In this document: positions 1 through 8,735 of the stretch, one piece after another | How the letters are laid out: every line of letters begins with the position of its first letter | Numbering within the stretch: the first letter of the stretch is position 1 | Position numbers and translations under genes: made by a program | Notes under the pieces: model-generated | Databases searched by the model: none | What the model was told of the DNA's origin: nothing | The model's input: the letters and a program-made list of their open reading frames with translations, nothing else | DNA from: Candidatus Heimdallarchaeota archaeon | Lineage (GTDB): Archaea > Asgardarchaeota > Heimdallarchaeia > Heimdallarchaeales > Kariarchaeaceae | DNA length: 32,000 bases | Assembly (NCBI GenBank): GCA_030149205.1 | Contig: JASBSB010000004.1 | Location: forward strand, 120,001-152,000 | Reading direction: 5' to 3'

Positions 1-909
1 ATCAAAATTTTGAATTATTGAAACGATATCAAGGTTCAGTATCCATCCTTCATTGGCCTGAAGAAAAATGATAGAGAATACGCTTAGCCAAAGATGTTTC
101 CCATTTGAGTTGATTGAATCATAGGAGATCTGACTGGAATTTAATATATTTTCTTGGACTCTGCTCGTTAGTTGACTACCTTCTGCAATCATTGCGTCAT
201 CCATCCATTGAAGATTTTTTAGATAATTTGAGAAGGTATTGCTTATAGAAGCTCTAGATGCCATCATCATTGGGGCCTGTATCCCCAAGAAAATGATATT
301 TAAAGAAATTTTCTCTGTTTTTTGGAAGAAGCTTAAATCAATATTTCCAGAGCTAATCAGGTTCAATCCAGTCACAACTAAATAAAACCCAAAAGCCACG
401 AAAGTTAAAACTTTGATCAATCTAATAAGTTCTTTTCTGGGGTACAGAAGACCATAAAAAAATGAGGCAACAGTGCCACGTTTTGGTGCAAAAGGATCGA
501 TTGTTAAACTTAAATACCTCATATCAGCGGTCAATTTCCAAGTCAAGAATAATGCTAAGATAATTCGTGAGAGACCTGATAATACCACAGGTTCACTGCT
601 ATGAAGACCCTGAGTCGCAGCGAGAAAAATCCCAAGATTTACACTGGTGAAAGCCACAGCACTAACTGTAATATCAAAAAGTGCAGTAATGTTATTTAGA
701 TAAACAAAAACCAATAGAACTGCTGCGATAATCAATGAATATGTGATAATAATAATTCTTTGATTCTGTATTAAATGTGAGTAATAAATGTTTAAAACAA
801 AGAAAATCAATGAAAGATAAAAGGTAAAATTCGCAACTTTTTTTTCGTTGATATTGAAATTCGCAGGTAAGTTCACAATATATAATATTGAATTTGAAAT
901 ATATAACAT
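1..909 (-). CDS. Polytopic membrane protein of unknown function, 3'-truncated at the window edge
   Basis: Not in the ORF track. My manual translation gives an open frame from ATG 909 (alternative GTG 876) to base 1: ...NLPANFNINEKKVANFTFYLSLIFFVLNIYY...; several hydrophobic segments followed by a more polar region. Confidence 0.7.
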   Translation of the reverse strand, partial: MLYISNSILYIVNLPANFNINEKKVANFTFYLSLIFFVLNIYYSHLIQNQRIIIITYSLIIAAVLLVFVYLNNITALFDITVSAVAFTSVNLGIFLAATQGLHSSEPVVLSGLSRIILALFLTWKLTADMRYLSLTIDPFAPKRGTVASFFYGLLYPRKELIRLIKVLTFVAFGFYLVVTGLNLISSGNIDLSFFQKTEKISLNIIFLGIQAPMMMASRASISNTFSNYLKNLQWMDDAMIAEGSQLTSRVQENILNSSQISYDSINSNGKHLWLSVFSIIFLQANEGWILNLDIVSIIQNFD

Positions 910-1041
910 TTTTTAAATGACAGAGTTACTAGAAAGTGGTATCACCCTTTAATTATAAGAATTTATTAAATTTGTTGAACTTAAATTGTATGAATTTAGA
1001 ATAAATATAATTCTTCTAAATTATTGTTTCAAATATTTCTC

Positions 1042-1890
1042 TTACTCATCCAAGTTAACTAGAAGATTACCATTTTTGTCAAAGAAACGATTCTTATAAC
1101 GCCAAGCCGTTAAAAATCTAAATGTGGCTTTTTTCTGTGTTAGAAATTTTATATACTTATTTGAACCGCTCACTGACTTCATTCTTGGAACTAGAAAGTC
1201 AGCTATAGTACTTGGTTTTTCTGCTAATATATTAAAAATTTTTTTTGTTCTGTTATTTGATCCAGTTAGCAATAAATCAGTTAGCACCATTCCAGGACTG
1301 GCTGTGTGAACTCCAACTCCTGAATTTTTTAGTTCTAGGGTTAATCCTTTAGCAATCATTGGTATTGCTCGTTTTGTGGTCGAATACGGTAAGTATCCAC
1401 GTGTAACTCGCCCATTGCTCCCTAGTCCGTCGATATTGAATATTTTTCCAGAATTTTGGTTGATTAATATAGGTAGTACCGCTCTAGTACAATATAAGGT
1501 TCCTAGCAAATTTGTTTCAACTATTCTTCTAATGGTTTCAATATTATAGTTTGAAAAATCAACATGATCTTCCGAATCAATACCTGCATTGTTTATCCAA
1601 ATATCTATAGCTCCGAGAACCTCTTTTGAATAGGTTACCAAAGAATCAACTGCTTCATATTTAGTAACATCTGCTTGGAATGTGTAAAGTTGATTCGTAT
1701 CCCTAACTGAGTTTTTTGCTTTTGATAGGTTTTCAAGACTCCTTGAAGAAATAACAACAGAATCCCCTAATGAAATAAATTTTTTTGCGAGTGCTAATCC
1801 TACCCCTTTTGACCCACCAGTTATAACCACATTGACCATAATTAGAGGAAATAGAACACCCTTGATAAAGTGCAAGAAATCAGAAATCAA
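1042..1890 (-). CDS. Short-chain dehydrogenase/reductase resembling the NOL/NYC1 (chlorophyll(ide) b reductase) subfamily
   Basis: TGGSKGVG Rossmann motif, WINNAG, catalytic YSTTK (YxxxK), plus IFNIDGLGSNGR, SPGMVLTDLL, NILAE and YIKFLT segments recalled from plant NOL/NYC1. TTG start overlaps the cheD stop; alternative ATG at 1839. Confidence 0.8.
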   Translation of the reverse strand: MISDFLHFIKGVLFPLIMVNVVITGGSKGVGLALAKKFISLGDSVVISSRSLENLSKAKNSVRDTNQLYTFQADVTKYEAVDSLVTYSKEVLGAIDIWINNAGIDSEDHVDFSNYNIETIRRIVETNLLGTLYCTRAVLPILINQNSGKIFNIDGLGSNGRVTRGYLPYSTTKRAIPMIAKGLTLELKNSGVGVHTASPGMVLTDLLLTGSNNRTKKIFNILAEKPSTIADFLVPRMKSVSGSNKYIKFLTQKKATFRFLTAWRYKNRFFDKNGNLLVNLDE

Positions 1891-2393
1891 ATATTGTAGG
1901 TTTTTTTATTCATAACTTGTTTAATTGTCAATAATCCCGATTCTAAGTTAAAAATAATGGTTCTCCCAAAATTTTCCCCTACATCTTTAGCCACAACTGG
2001 TATGTTGTTTTCAGTTAACAATCTCAATACAGCCTCAATATTTCTTTGACCAACATCCATTATGCTTAGGTTCGAAACATCAAACATTCTTGCTCCTCCT
2101 GCAATTTTTGCAATTAGGTTCGACCTTTGTGCTCCTCTCGCCACTGTCATCTTTATTGCTTCAGGTATTGCAGTTGTTGCAAATTTTCCTGGGAGACTAT
2201 TTGATGTTCCTGTGATTTCAGGTAAAAGAATATGGGCAAGAGCCCCAATTTTAGTTGATTGATCATAGATAACCACACCTACACAACTTCCTAATGCTAA
2301 CGCTTGGAGAACATCTGGTGATTTACTCATAACTATCTCTCCAATTTTAGCAGTGTGGGTTGTTGACATTTGTTTAGGGTTCCTCCATTCCAA
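1887..2393 (-). CDS. cheD: Chemoreceptor glutamine deamidase CheD
   Basis: ALGSCVGVVIYD, AHILLP, KFATTAI, AKIAGGARMF, VGQRN and DVGENFGRTI motifs; directly downstream of cheC. Confidence 0.95.
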   Translation of the reverse strand: MEWRNPKQMSTTHTAKIGEIVMSKSPDVLQALALGSCVGVVIYDQSTKIGALAHILLPEITGTSNSLPGKFATTAIPEAIKMTVARGAQRSNLIAKIAGGARMFDVSNLSIMDVGQRNIEAVLRLLTENNIPVVAKDVGENFGRTIIFNLESGLLTIKQVMNKKTYNI

Positions 2394-3027
2394 ATAGATT
2401 AGACATCAAAGATTTCATCGCCATCTTATCAGGTAATAAGAGTATATCTCCTTTTATCGTCTCCTCATCAGTAAACACATCAACTTCAACAAGAAGGAAC
2501 ATATTAGAATCATCAAGGCTATGGGTTATTAGTTCATCTGTTAATGCCCCTACCATATCGATAGCCAATATTGGGGGACTTGGAAACCACTTTGTCTCAG
2601 CAAAGCTATTTATAGCAGAAATTGTTTGCAACAATAAAATATTACCTGTTTCCTTGATTATAGAGGAATTAACCTCATCGAGTTTTTCCAAAGACTCTAC
2701 AGTTGATTTTGTTGTTAATATGTTCAATAAGGATCTAACTGAAAGAGCATTAAATATGAGCAGCATATTCAACATCCCATTGCTGTCCTCTGCTGTTTCT
2801 TGTAATATCCCAGCCACTATCTCTTCAGAACTTTCAGCCAATGTGTCAGCCACATCTGCAACCGAAACAAATCTTACTCTTGGAATACTCATTTCGACTT
2901 TTCGGTTAAGAAGTTGAGAGAGAGCGGTTGCTGCATGTCCAACACCGATATTGCTGATTTCTTGTAATATCTCAATTTTTGGGTTAAATTGAGCATAGAA
3001 ATCATTATCAGGTAAGTCAAAACCCAT
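2374..3027 (-). CDS. cheC: CheY-P phosphatase CheC
   Basis: Two ExxN active-site repeats (QEISNIGVGHAATALSQLL...SIP and KETGNILL...SPP); overlaps cheD. Confidence 0.93.
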   Translation of the reverse strand: MGFDLPDNDFYAQFNPKIEILQEISNIGVGHAATALSQLLNRKVEMSIPRVRFVSVADVADTLAESSEEIVAGILQETAEDSNGMLNMLLIFNALSVRSLLNILTTKSTVESLEKLDEVNSSIIKETGNILLLQTISAINSFAETKWFPSPPILAIDMVGALTDELITHSLDDSNMFLLVEVDVFTDEETIKGDILLLPDKMAMKSLMSNLFGMEEP

Positions 3028-3155
3028 TACAATCTTGTTTAAATTTACTCAGATAAAAACTAAGTGATTGTATGATGATTTAATTGAATTGTTGACTCTG
3101 AAAGCATCAATTACCCCTACGTAAAATGTATAAGTAAATTTTTAATACCGATTTT

Positions 3156-4361
3156 TTGACTAAAAATATGAGACAACAGCTCACCCTGATATTAAGTATC
3201 CAAGTAATGATAATAATGACTGGATTCGGTATTGTGTTTCCTATCATGCCAAAATACTTAGAGCATTTCAATGGTACGGTCTTCGACTTAGGGGTTATGT
3301 CTGCGATGTGGGCTGTAAGTGCATTCATTACTTCACCTATAATGGGTTATCTAATTGATAAGATTGGGGCAAAATACGTGATTATTCTGAATTTAGTAGG
3401 ATTTGCCCTCGTTAACTTTTTATTTGCTTTTGCCCAAAATGTAACACATCTGATTATCCTTAGAACCATTGAAGGCGGAATATCCTCAGGGGTTATGCCC
3501 GCTGCGATAACATTGGTTTCATTTTATAGCTCTGAAGAAACACGCTCTCGCCATATTGGGTACGTGAGTGCAGGAAGTTCAATAGGAATAATAATTGGAC
3601 CTGTTATAGGTGGGGTATTGCTGGAATTGTATTCATTTACCGCACCTTTCATGTTTTCCGGTGCATTAGGCTTACTGGGGGCAGTTTTTGCAATATTGTA
3701 TGTACCAAATAAGAAAGGTGATGGGATTGAAGAAAAATCATTACTTTCAATTTCGACCTTTGACAAACTCCCAAAACCAAGTTATGCATTCACCTTGTTC
3801 TTGTTTGTTAATTTGACAAGCGCCTTAAGTTGGATGTTAATTGAACCGGGTTTTTCATTTTACATTTATAATGTACTCCTGTTGACTCCGATTGATTTTG
3901 CAATTTTTGTTTCAACATATGGACTATCATTAGCATTATTTCAAATTTTATTAGGTGGACTCTCAGACTCCTACGGGAGGAAACCTATTATTTTTATCGG
4001 GTTAGTGCTTAATGGGTTGTTTTATATCCTTATGATTTATTCAACAAATTTGATTGCTCTAGTGCTATCATCAATTGTTGCTGGTGTAGCATTGGGGATG
4101 ATGAGTCCTGCATTGAACGCTTGGATCACAGAGTCTATAGAGCCTGAAAACAGAGGATTCGTTTTAGGACTGACAAATTCTTCGATTGCCTTTGCACAAA
4201 TTATCGGTCCGTTGATTGGAAGTTATTACTATGACTTGTATGGCTCAACTGTTATGATCTCATTATTCATTGTGGGTTCATTAATCTCTTTGATAGGAGC
4301 TCTGGTGGTTATTCCTACGAAACTGAAAACTCAACCATTAAGTACCGAATTAATTACTTGA
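3156..4361 (+). CDS. MFS transporter (TetA/DHA1-like)
   Basis: About 12 hydrophobic helices; motif A in both halves (GYLIDKIGAK, GGLSDSYGRKP); GIIIGPVIGG. Likely start is ATG 3168. Confidence 0.9.
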   Translation: MTKNMRQQLTLILSIQVMIIMTGFGIVFPIMPKYLEHFNGTVFDLGVMSAMWAVSAFITSPIMGYLIDKIGAKYVIILNLVGFALVNFLFAFAQNVTHLIILRTIEGGISSGVMPAAITLVSFYSSEETRSRHIGYVSAGSSIGIIIGPVIGGVLLELYSFTAPFMFSGALGLLGAVFAILYVPNKKGDGIEEKSLLSISTFDKLPKPSYAFTLFLFVNLTSALSWMLIEPGFSFYIYNVLLLTPIDFAIFVSTYGLSLALFQILLGGLSDSYGRKPIIFIGLVLNGLFYILMIYSTNLIALVLSSIVAGVALGMMSPALNAWITESIEPENRGFVLGLTNSSIAFAQIIGPLIGSYYYDLYGSTVMISLFIVGSLISLIGALVVIPTKLKTQPLSTELIT

Positions 4362-4699
4362 GCCAGTTGACTCAACCTAAAAGGTTTGGTGACATAATCT
4401 TTTGCTCCTGCTTTTAAACATGGTTTAACGATATGTTCGCTAGAGATCGAAGTTACCATAACAATTTTAGCTTCAGGATTGATTGTTAAAATTCGTTTAA
4501 GAGTTTGTAACCCGTCAAGTTTAGGCATAACAACATCTAATGTTACTAAATCAATATCATGAAAGTGTTTTGCATATGTGTCAACAGCATCAAGCCCATT
4601 TGATGCTCGATATACCACGGTATGGTTCATCTTCTTGAGAAGCTTCTCAATGACCATTACCATAAATCTCGCATCATCACAAACCATTATCCTGGCCAT
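4331..4699 (-). CDS. cheY: Response regulator CheY (copy 1)
   Basis: Stand-alone receiver domain: DD, phospho-acceptor in LDVVMPKLDG, VT, KPF; 4 bp downstream of cheW. Confidence 0.9.
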   Translation of the reverse strand: MARIMVCDDARFMVMVIEKLLKKMNHTVVYRASNGLDAVDTYAKHFHDIDLVTLDVVMPKLDGLQTLKRILTINPEAKIVMVTSISSEHIVKPCLKAGAKDYVTKPFRLSQLAQVINSVLNG

Positions 4700-4703
4700 T
4701 TAA

Positions 4704-5510
4704 TTATGAACCATCCATAGCACTTTGAATTTTATCGACAAGTTCTTCTTTTTTGCTACGAGTGCTTACTCCATCAATTCCCATTTCAATTGCTATCCTG
4801 AGGAGTTCAGCTTTGGTCAAGCTGGCTAAGTCTAAGGGACTATCACCAAATTGATCATCAGATGTCACCTTTCTCATTCCCTGGTCACTGACTATGTAAT
4901 CATCGTCCTCCAAATCATCATCAGAAAAGTCAACACGGGAATCTGAGATTTGTTGGTCAGTTAAAACAACTTCATCCGAATCTCCACCCTGATCAATTGG
5001 ACCAGAGACCTTTTCTCGAACAGTCGCAAGCTTTTCTAATTCTTTTATATCAAACTGTGAGAGCACATTATCAAGATTAAGTATGATTACGATTCCCAGA
5101 TCTGTTTGAACAACACCTTCCATAAAGTTTGATTTTTCAGTCCCTGAAATCAAGGAAATTGAGCTTTGAATTTGAGTGCTATCAACTGTGATAACTGTCT
5201 CGACATAATCAACTAACAATCCAATTACAGTTTTACCTATGTTAATAATCAATACATAGTTTCTATCTTCCTCATCATAATCACGCTGTGGTTTCGTGGA
5301 TTCTTCAATCAAAAGTCTCCTTTTAAGATCAATTGTCGTTACAATCTGACCTCGAAAGTTGATAACACCAGCCACATATTTTGGAGATTGAGGGATTGGT
5401 GTGATAGAATCAGGGACAAAAACCTCTTTGATTTTATGAACATCTATTGCAAAATATTCATGATTGAGTAAGAACGCAACTAATTTTTGTTGTGAAATTT
5501 GTTTACTCAT
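4704..5510 (-). CDS. cheW: CheW with acidic linker and C-terminal Rho-N/HeH-like domain
   Basis: N-terminal CheW (FAIDVHKIKEV, ITPIPQSPKYVAGVINFRGQIVTTIDL, GLLVDYV); Asp-rich linker; last 43 aa LDLASLTKAELLRIAIEMGIDGVSTRSKKEELVDKIQSA. Confidence 0.92.
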   Translation of the reverse strand: MSKQISQQKLVAFLLNHEYFAIDVHKIKEVFVPDSITPIPQSPKYVAGVINFRGQIVTTIDLKRRLLIEESTKPQRDYDEEDRNYVLIINIGKTVIGLLVDYVETVITVDSTQIQSSISLISGTEKSNFMEGVVQTDLGIVIILNLDNVLSQFDIKELEKLATVREKVSGPIDQGGDSDEVVLTDQQISDSRVDFSDDDLEDDDYIVSDQGMRKVTSDDQFGDSPLDLASLTKAELLRIAIEMGIDGVSTRSKKEELVDKIQSAMDGS

Positions 5511-5621
5511 TTTCTGTGTTCCTGAATCTATGAAAATTTAGCACATAAAAAAGTATTCTACAACCTCTTGAATTATTTGTAAGCTCTTCCCATAATTTCA
5601 CTAAAATTTGCTCTCCTAAAC

Positions 5622-6197
5622 TTAGAACAACAATAATACCGTGAAATAGACAAGTAAAGAGGTACCTACCAGGTCTCCCACAGTTGTTGTAATTGGTGGG
5701 AGTTTGGAATCTGGGTCAAGTCCCCGTGTGAAAATAATTGAACTAAGAAGTGATGCAATAATACTTATTATGAATGTTGACAACACACCCGCTCCAACTA
5801 CAACGACAAGGAGTTTAAACAAGTCCACTGATGAATGGTTTATCAAAATGGCAACCAGATAGGCAACTAGTCCAGCAGCTAAAAAAGAAGTAAATGAAAC
5901 AGCTAATATAGCAGTTAGATTAGTCAAATAAAGAGAGAATGGTCTAAACCTATTGTCCAATTTTCCTGTGTAGAAAAGAGTTGATAACCTTGAACCTAAA
6001 ACATCTGAAAGGTCTCCTGCTATATTAATAAAAGCAGGTACCAGGATTACAATGACAGGTACATTCTGAATTATATGTGTCAAGTTTTGATCAAAGATGA
6101 TTCCTGTAAACGCAGAAAATATCATTACCCCATAGAGAGTTAATAGACTCTGTCTGACTATTTCTCTGACAGTAAATCTGTTTTTTCTTTGAGGCAT
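5622..6197 (-). CDS. MgtE/SLC41-like integral membrane domain protein (COG1824-like), copy B
   Basis: About 5 TM; GDLSDVLGSRLSTLFYTG and LDPDSKLPPITTTVGDLVG motifs. Confidence 0.82.
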   Translation of the reverse strand: MPQRKNRFTVREIVRQSLLTLYGVMIFSAFTGIIFDQNLTHIIQNVPVIVILVPAFINIAGDLSDVLGSRLSTLFYTGKLDNRFRPFSLYLTNLTAILAVSFTSFLAAGLVAYLVAILINHSSVDLFKLLVVVVGAGVLSTFIISIIASLLSSIIFTRGLDPDSKLPPITTTVGDLVGTSLLVYFTVLLLF

Positions 6198-6264
6198 AAA
6201 CCACTAAAGATTACACTCAATTTAAATTTATATTCATGTTCCAACTCATAAATACGGATATAAA

Positions 6265-6981
6265 CTAATAAAAAATAGGAAGTAGTTTGTCGAGGTAAAT
6301 AACCATCTCTAGAACCAATCCTAAGGAGGCTACAGTTAAAATATCTCCCAATGTAGCGATTACAGGGATAGTAACATTATCTGGATCTAAATTGTATTTG
6401 GTTGCTAATAATACAACAAAGATAGCTAATAATGTTAGTACTGTCCCAACTGTCAAAGCGATAGTTCCAACTACTGTAAAATATCCCAACCAAGTCATAT
6501 GGTTAATCCCTAATAAATACGCAACAAAGAATCCCAAAGTTGATAATCCTAAGGATGATAACATGTTTAATAATATTGTAGCGATTACATCTGTTCTTAC
6601 CTCCTCATTGAATCCCAAATCCCAGTTAACCAAACCTAGGTGTACACTTGTCCCTAATCTTTGGGCAAGATTTGATACTATATTTCCTCGACTCTCCATA
6701 ATTCCTGGAATCACCAAAAGAACCCCCGGAATTAATAAATAATACTTTTCGAGTGTGATTAATAAAAAACCAACATAAATCTCCGCAAATATTGTTATAA
6801 TTGTTATTGGGCTAGTTTGTTTATAGATTTTGATAAAAAGCTCAATAAATTCGTTGTTCATAATTTGAACATAAAAGGTTTTGATGAGTGTACCAAATGT
6901 TACCATTGGGGTCTTAATTGAATCAAAAAGCTTTGTCTTATAATTTCTTAAAGAATTCCTAAAACTCCCAAAAATCTTCAT
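6265..6981 (-). CDS. MgtE/SLC41-like integral membrane domain protein (COG1824-like), copy A
   Basis: About 5 TM; GNIVSNLAQRLGTSVHLG and LDPDNVTIPVIATLGDILT motifs. Start may be ATG 6861. Confidence 0.85.
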   Translation of the reverse strand: MKIFGSFRNSLRNYKTKLFDSIKTPMVTFGTLIKTFYVQIMNNEFIELFIKIYKQTSPITIITIFAEIYVGFLLITLEKYYLLIPGVLLVIPGIMESRGNIVSNLAQRLGTSVHLGLVNWDLGFNEEVRTDVIATILLNMLSSLGLSTLGFFVAYLLGINHMTWLGYFTVVGTIALTVGTVLTLLAIFVVLLATKYNLDPDNVTIPVIATLGDILTVASLGLVLEMVIYLDKLLPIFY

Positions 6982-7129
6982 AATGAGTCCTATAATCTGA
7001 TATTTATAAGTTTTGCAAAACGCACTATCCTTGATACTTTACATCTATCATAATAATAATCACAGATAATAGCTAATTTTCCTTTGTAATTTCTATAATA
7101 CTTAATAAGCAAAATTCAAAAACTGATAT

Positions 7130-8242
7130 GTGGCTATAACCGTTTTAATAGCTGATGATTCACCTTTTATTATTAAATTATTAGAAAAGGTAATTTCAAC
7201 AGATTCTAATCTAAAAATTATTGGAGTCGCTAAAAACGGTACAGAATGTATTACAAAGGTCATAACACAAAAACCAAGAGTAGTCATATTAGATATTGTC
7301 CTTCCAGACCTGAGTGGGTTAAATATTGTTAACCAAATAATGAGAGCAAGACCAACACCAGTAATTTTGTTCTCTTCGTTAACACATTCTACAGTTCGTC
7401 AAAATTCCTTAGTTTTTGATTATGGAATGGTTGATTTTATTAATAAACCAACAGCAGAATTAGGTGACCCATATTTAAATCTCAGAAAGGTTTTGATTCC
7501 AAAAATCTACATTTTGTCCAATTTGAAAGTACATAAATTCTATAATCTGATCAAACAGGTTAATGCAGAATTTATACAATCTACCATAGATCAACTTAAA
7601 GACGAGACAACTGATCCAAAAAATGCTGATATTACTGGTTCTTCTACTCCGATAGTTGTTCATTCTAGTTTTAGAAAACTCATAATAATTGGTGCAAGCA
7701 CAGGTGGACCTCATCTTTTAACAGAATTAATCAGGAGAATCCCCAAAAATTTACCTCCAATAATAATAGTCCAACACATGCCGGAAGGTTTCATAGAATC
7801 TTTTGCCACTCGCTTGGATCAACATGCGAATGTGAAAGTCTACGCAGCAGAAGATGGAATGGAACTTAAAGGTTCGATGGTTGTGGTCGCAAGGGGAGGA
7901 AAACATCTTAAGGTCATATCCAAAGGTGGCAAACCAGCAGTTGTCTTTGATAACTCTCCAATGGTTAATTTTGTGAGACCTTCAGTCGACGTAACAATCA
8001 AATCAGCGGTAAATATTTACGGTGGAAGGATTGTAACAGTTATTCTTACTGGAATGGGTAAGGATGGTTTAGCGGGGAGTATTCTTGTCAAAAAACAAGG
8101 GGGAAAGGTGTTAGCTCTAAATGAAAGAGATTCCGTGATTTTTGGGATGAATAAAGCTGTCATCGAGGCGGGAGTTAGTGATGGAGTTTATTCAAAAAAT
8201 GAGATAATTAATGAGATGGTGAAGGCTGTTCAAACCCTTTAG
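7130..8242 (+). CDS. cheB: Chemotaxis methylesterase CheB (receiver + methylesterase)
   Basis: Receiver domain (ADDS, LDIVLP, KP); catalytic triad motifs GASTGGP, VQHMP, LTGMGKDG; RPSVD. Confidence 0.96.
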   Translation: MAITVLIADDSPFIIKLLEKVISTDSNLKIIGVAKNGTECITKVITQKPRVVILDIVLPDLSGLNIVNQIMRARPTPVILFSSLTHSTVRQNSLVFDYGMVDFINKPTAELGDPYLNLRKVLIPKIYILSNLKVHKFYNLIKQVNAEFIQSTIDQLKDETTDPKNADITGSSTPIVVHSSFRKLIIIGASTGGPHLLTELIRRIPKNLPPIIIVQHMPEGFIESFATRLDQHANVKVYAAEDGMELKGSMVVVARGGKHLKVISKGGKPAVVFDNSPMVNFVRPSVDVTIKSAVNIYGGRIVTVILTGMGKDGLAGSILVKKQGGKVLALNERDSVIFGMNKAVIEAGVSDGVYSKNEIINEMVKAVQTL

Positions 8243-8634
8243 GAAGCTATGGTCTTAGCTACTGCTTTTATAATCTCTTCATTTCTAAATGGTTTTATTA
8301 TGAATTCCCTTGCCCCAGACTTAATCGCGTCAAGAACGAAAGCCTCCTGTCCCAATGCAGTAACCATTACAATTCTTGCACTAGGGTCAAACGACATAAT
8401 TTGTTTTACTGCCTCAATCCCATTTTGTTTTGGCATAACAATATCTAGTGTCATGCAATCAGGTTTATCCTTCGCCCAGATCTCAACAGCATCAATACCT
8501 GTCTCCCCCTCAGCAACAATTTCATGTCCTGCTTGTGTTAGAATTCTTCTCAAAACTAATCTCATAAATTTTGCATCATCGACTATTGCTATCCTTGCCA
8601 TATACTTGCCTCTTTTGAGAAAACTACATATCAT
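8239..8634 (-). CDS. cheY: Response regulator CheY (copy 2)
   Basis: VDDAKFMR, LDIVMPKQNG, VTALGQE, IIKPF. Likely start is ATG 8601, preceded by AAGAGG; downstream of cheA. Confidence 0.93.
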   Translation of the reverse strand: MICSFLKRGKYMARIAIVDDAKFMRLVLRRILTQAGHEIVAEGETGIDAVEIWAKDKPDCMTLDIVMPKQNGIEAVKQIMSFDPSARIVMVTALGQEAFVLDAIKSGAREFIIKPFRNEEIIKAVAKTIAS

Positions 8635-8735
8635 ATCAAATAGTCATATTATTTAATTCTTTTTTAGGGAATAAAATTGGATTAAGAAATCAAATCAAAT
8701 TATTAGTAAAAATACGACCTAGAATTGACTTATCA

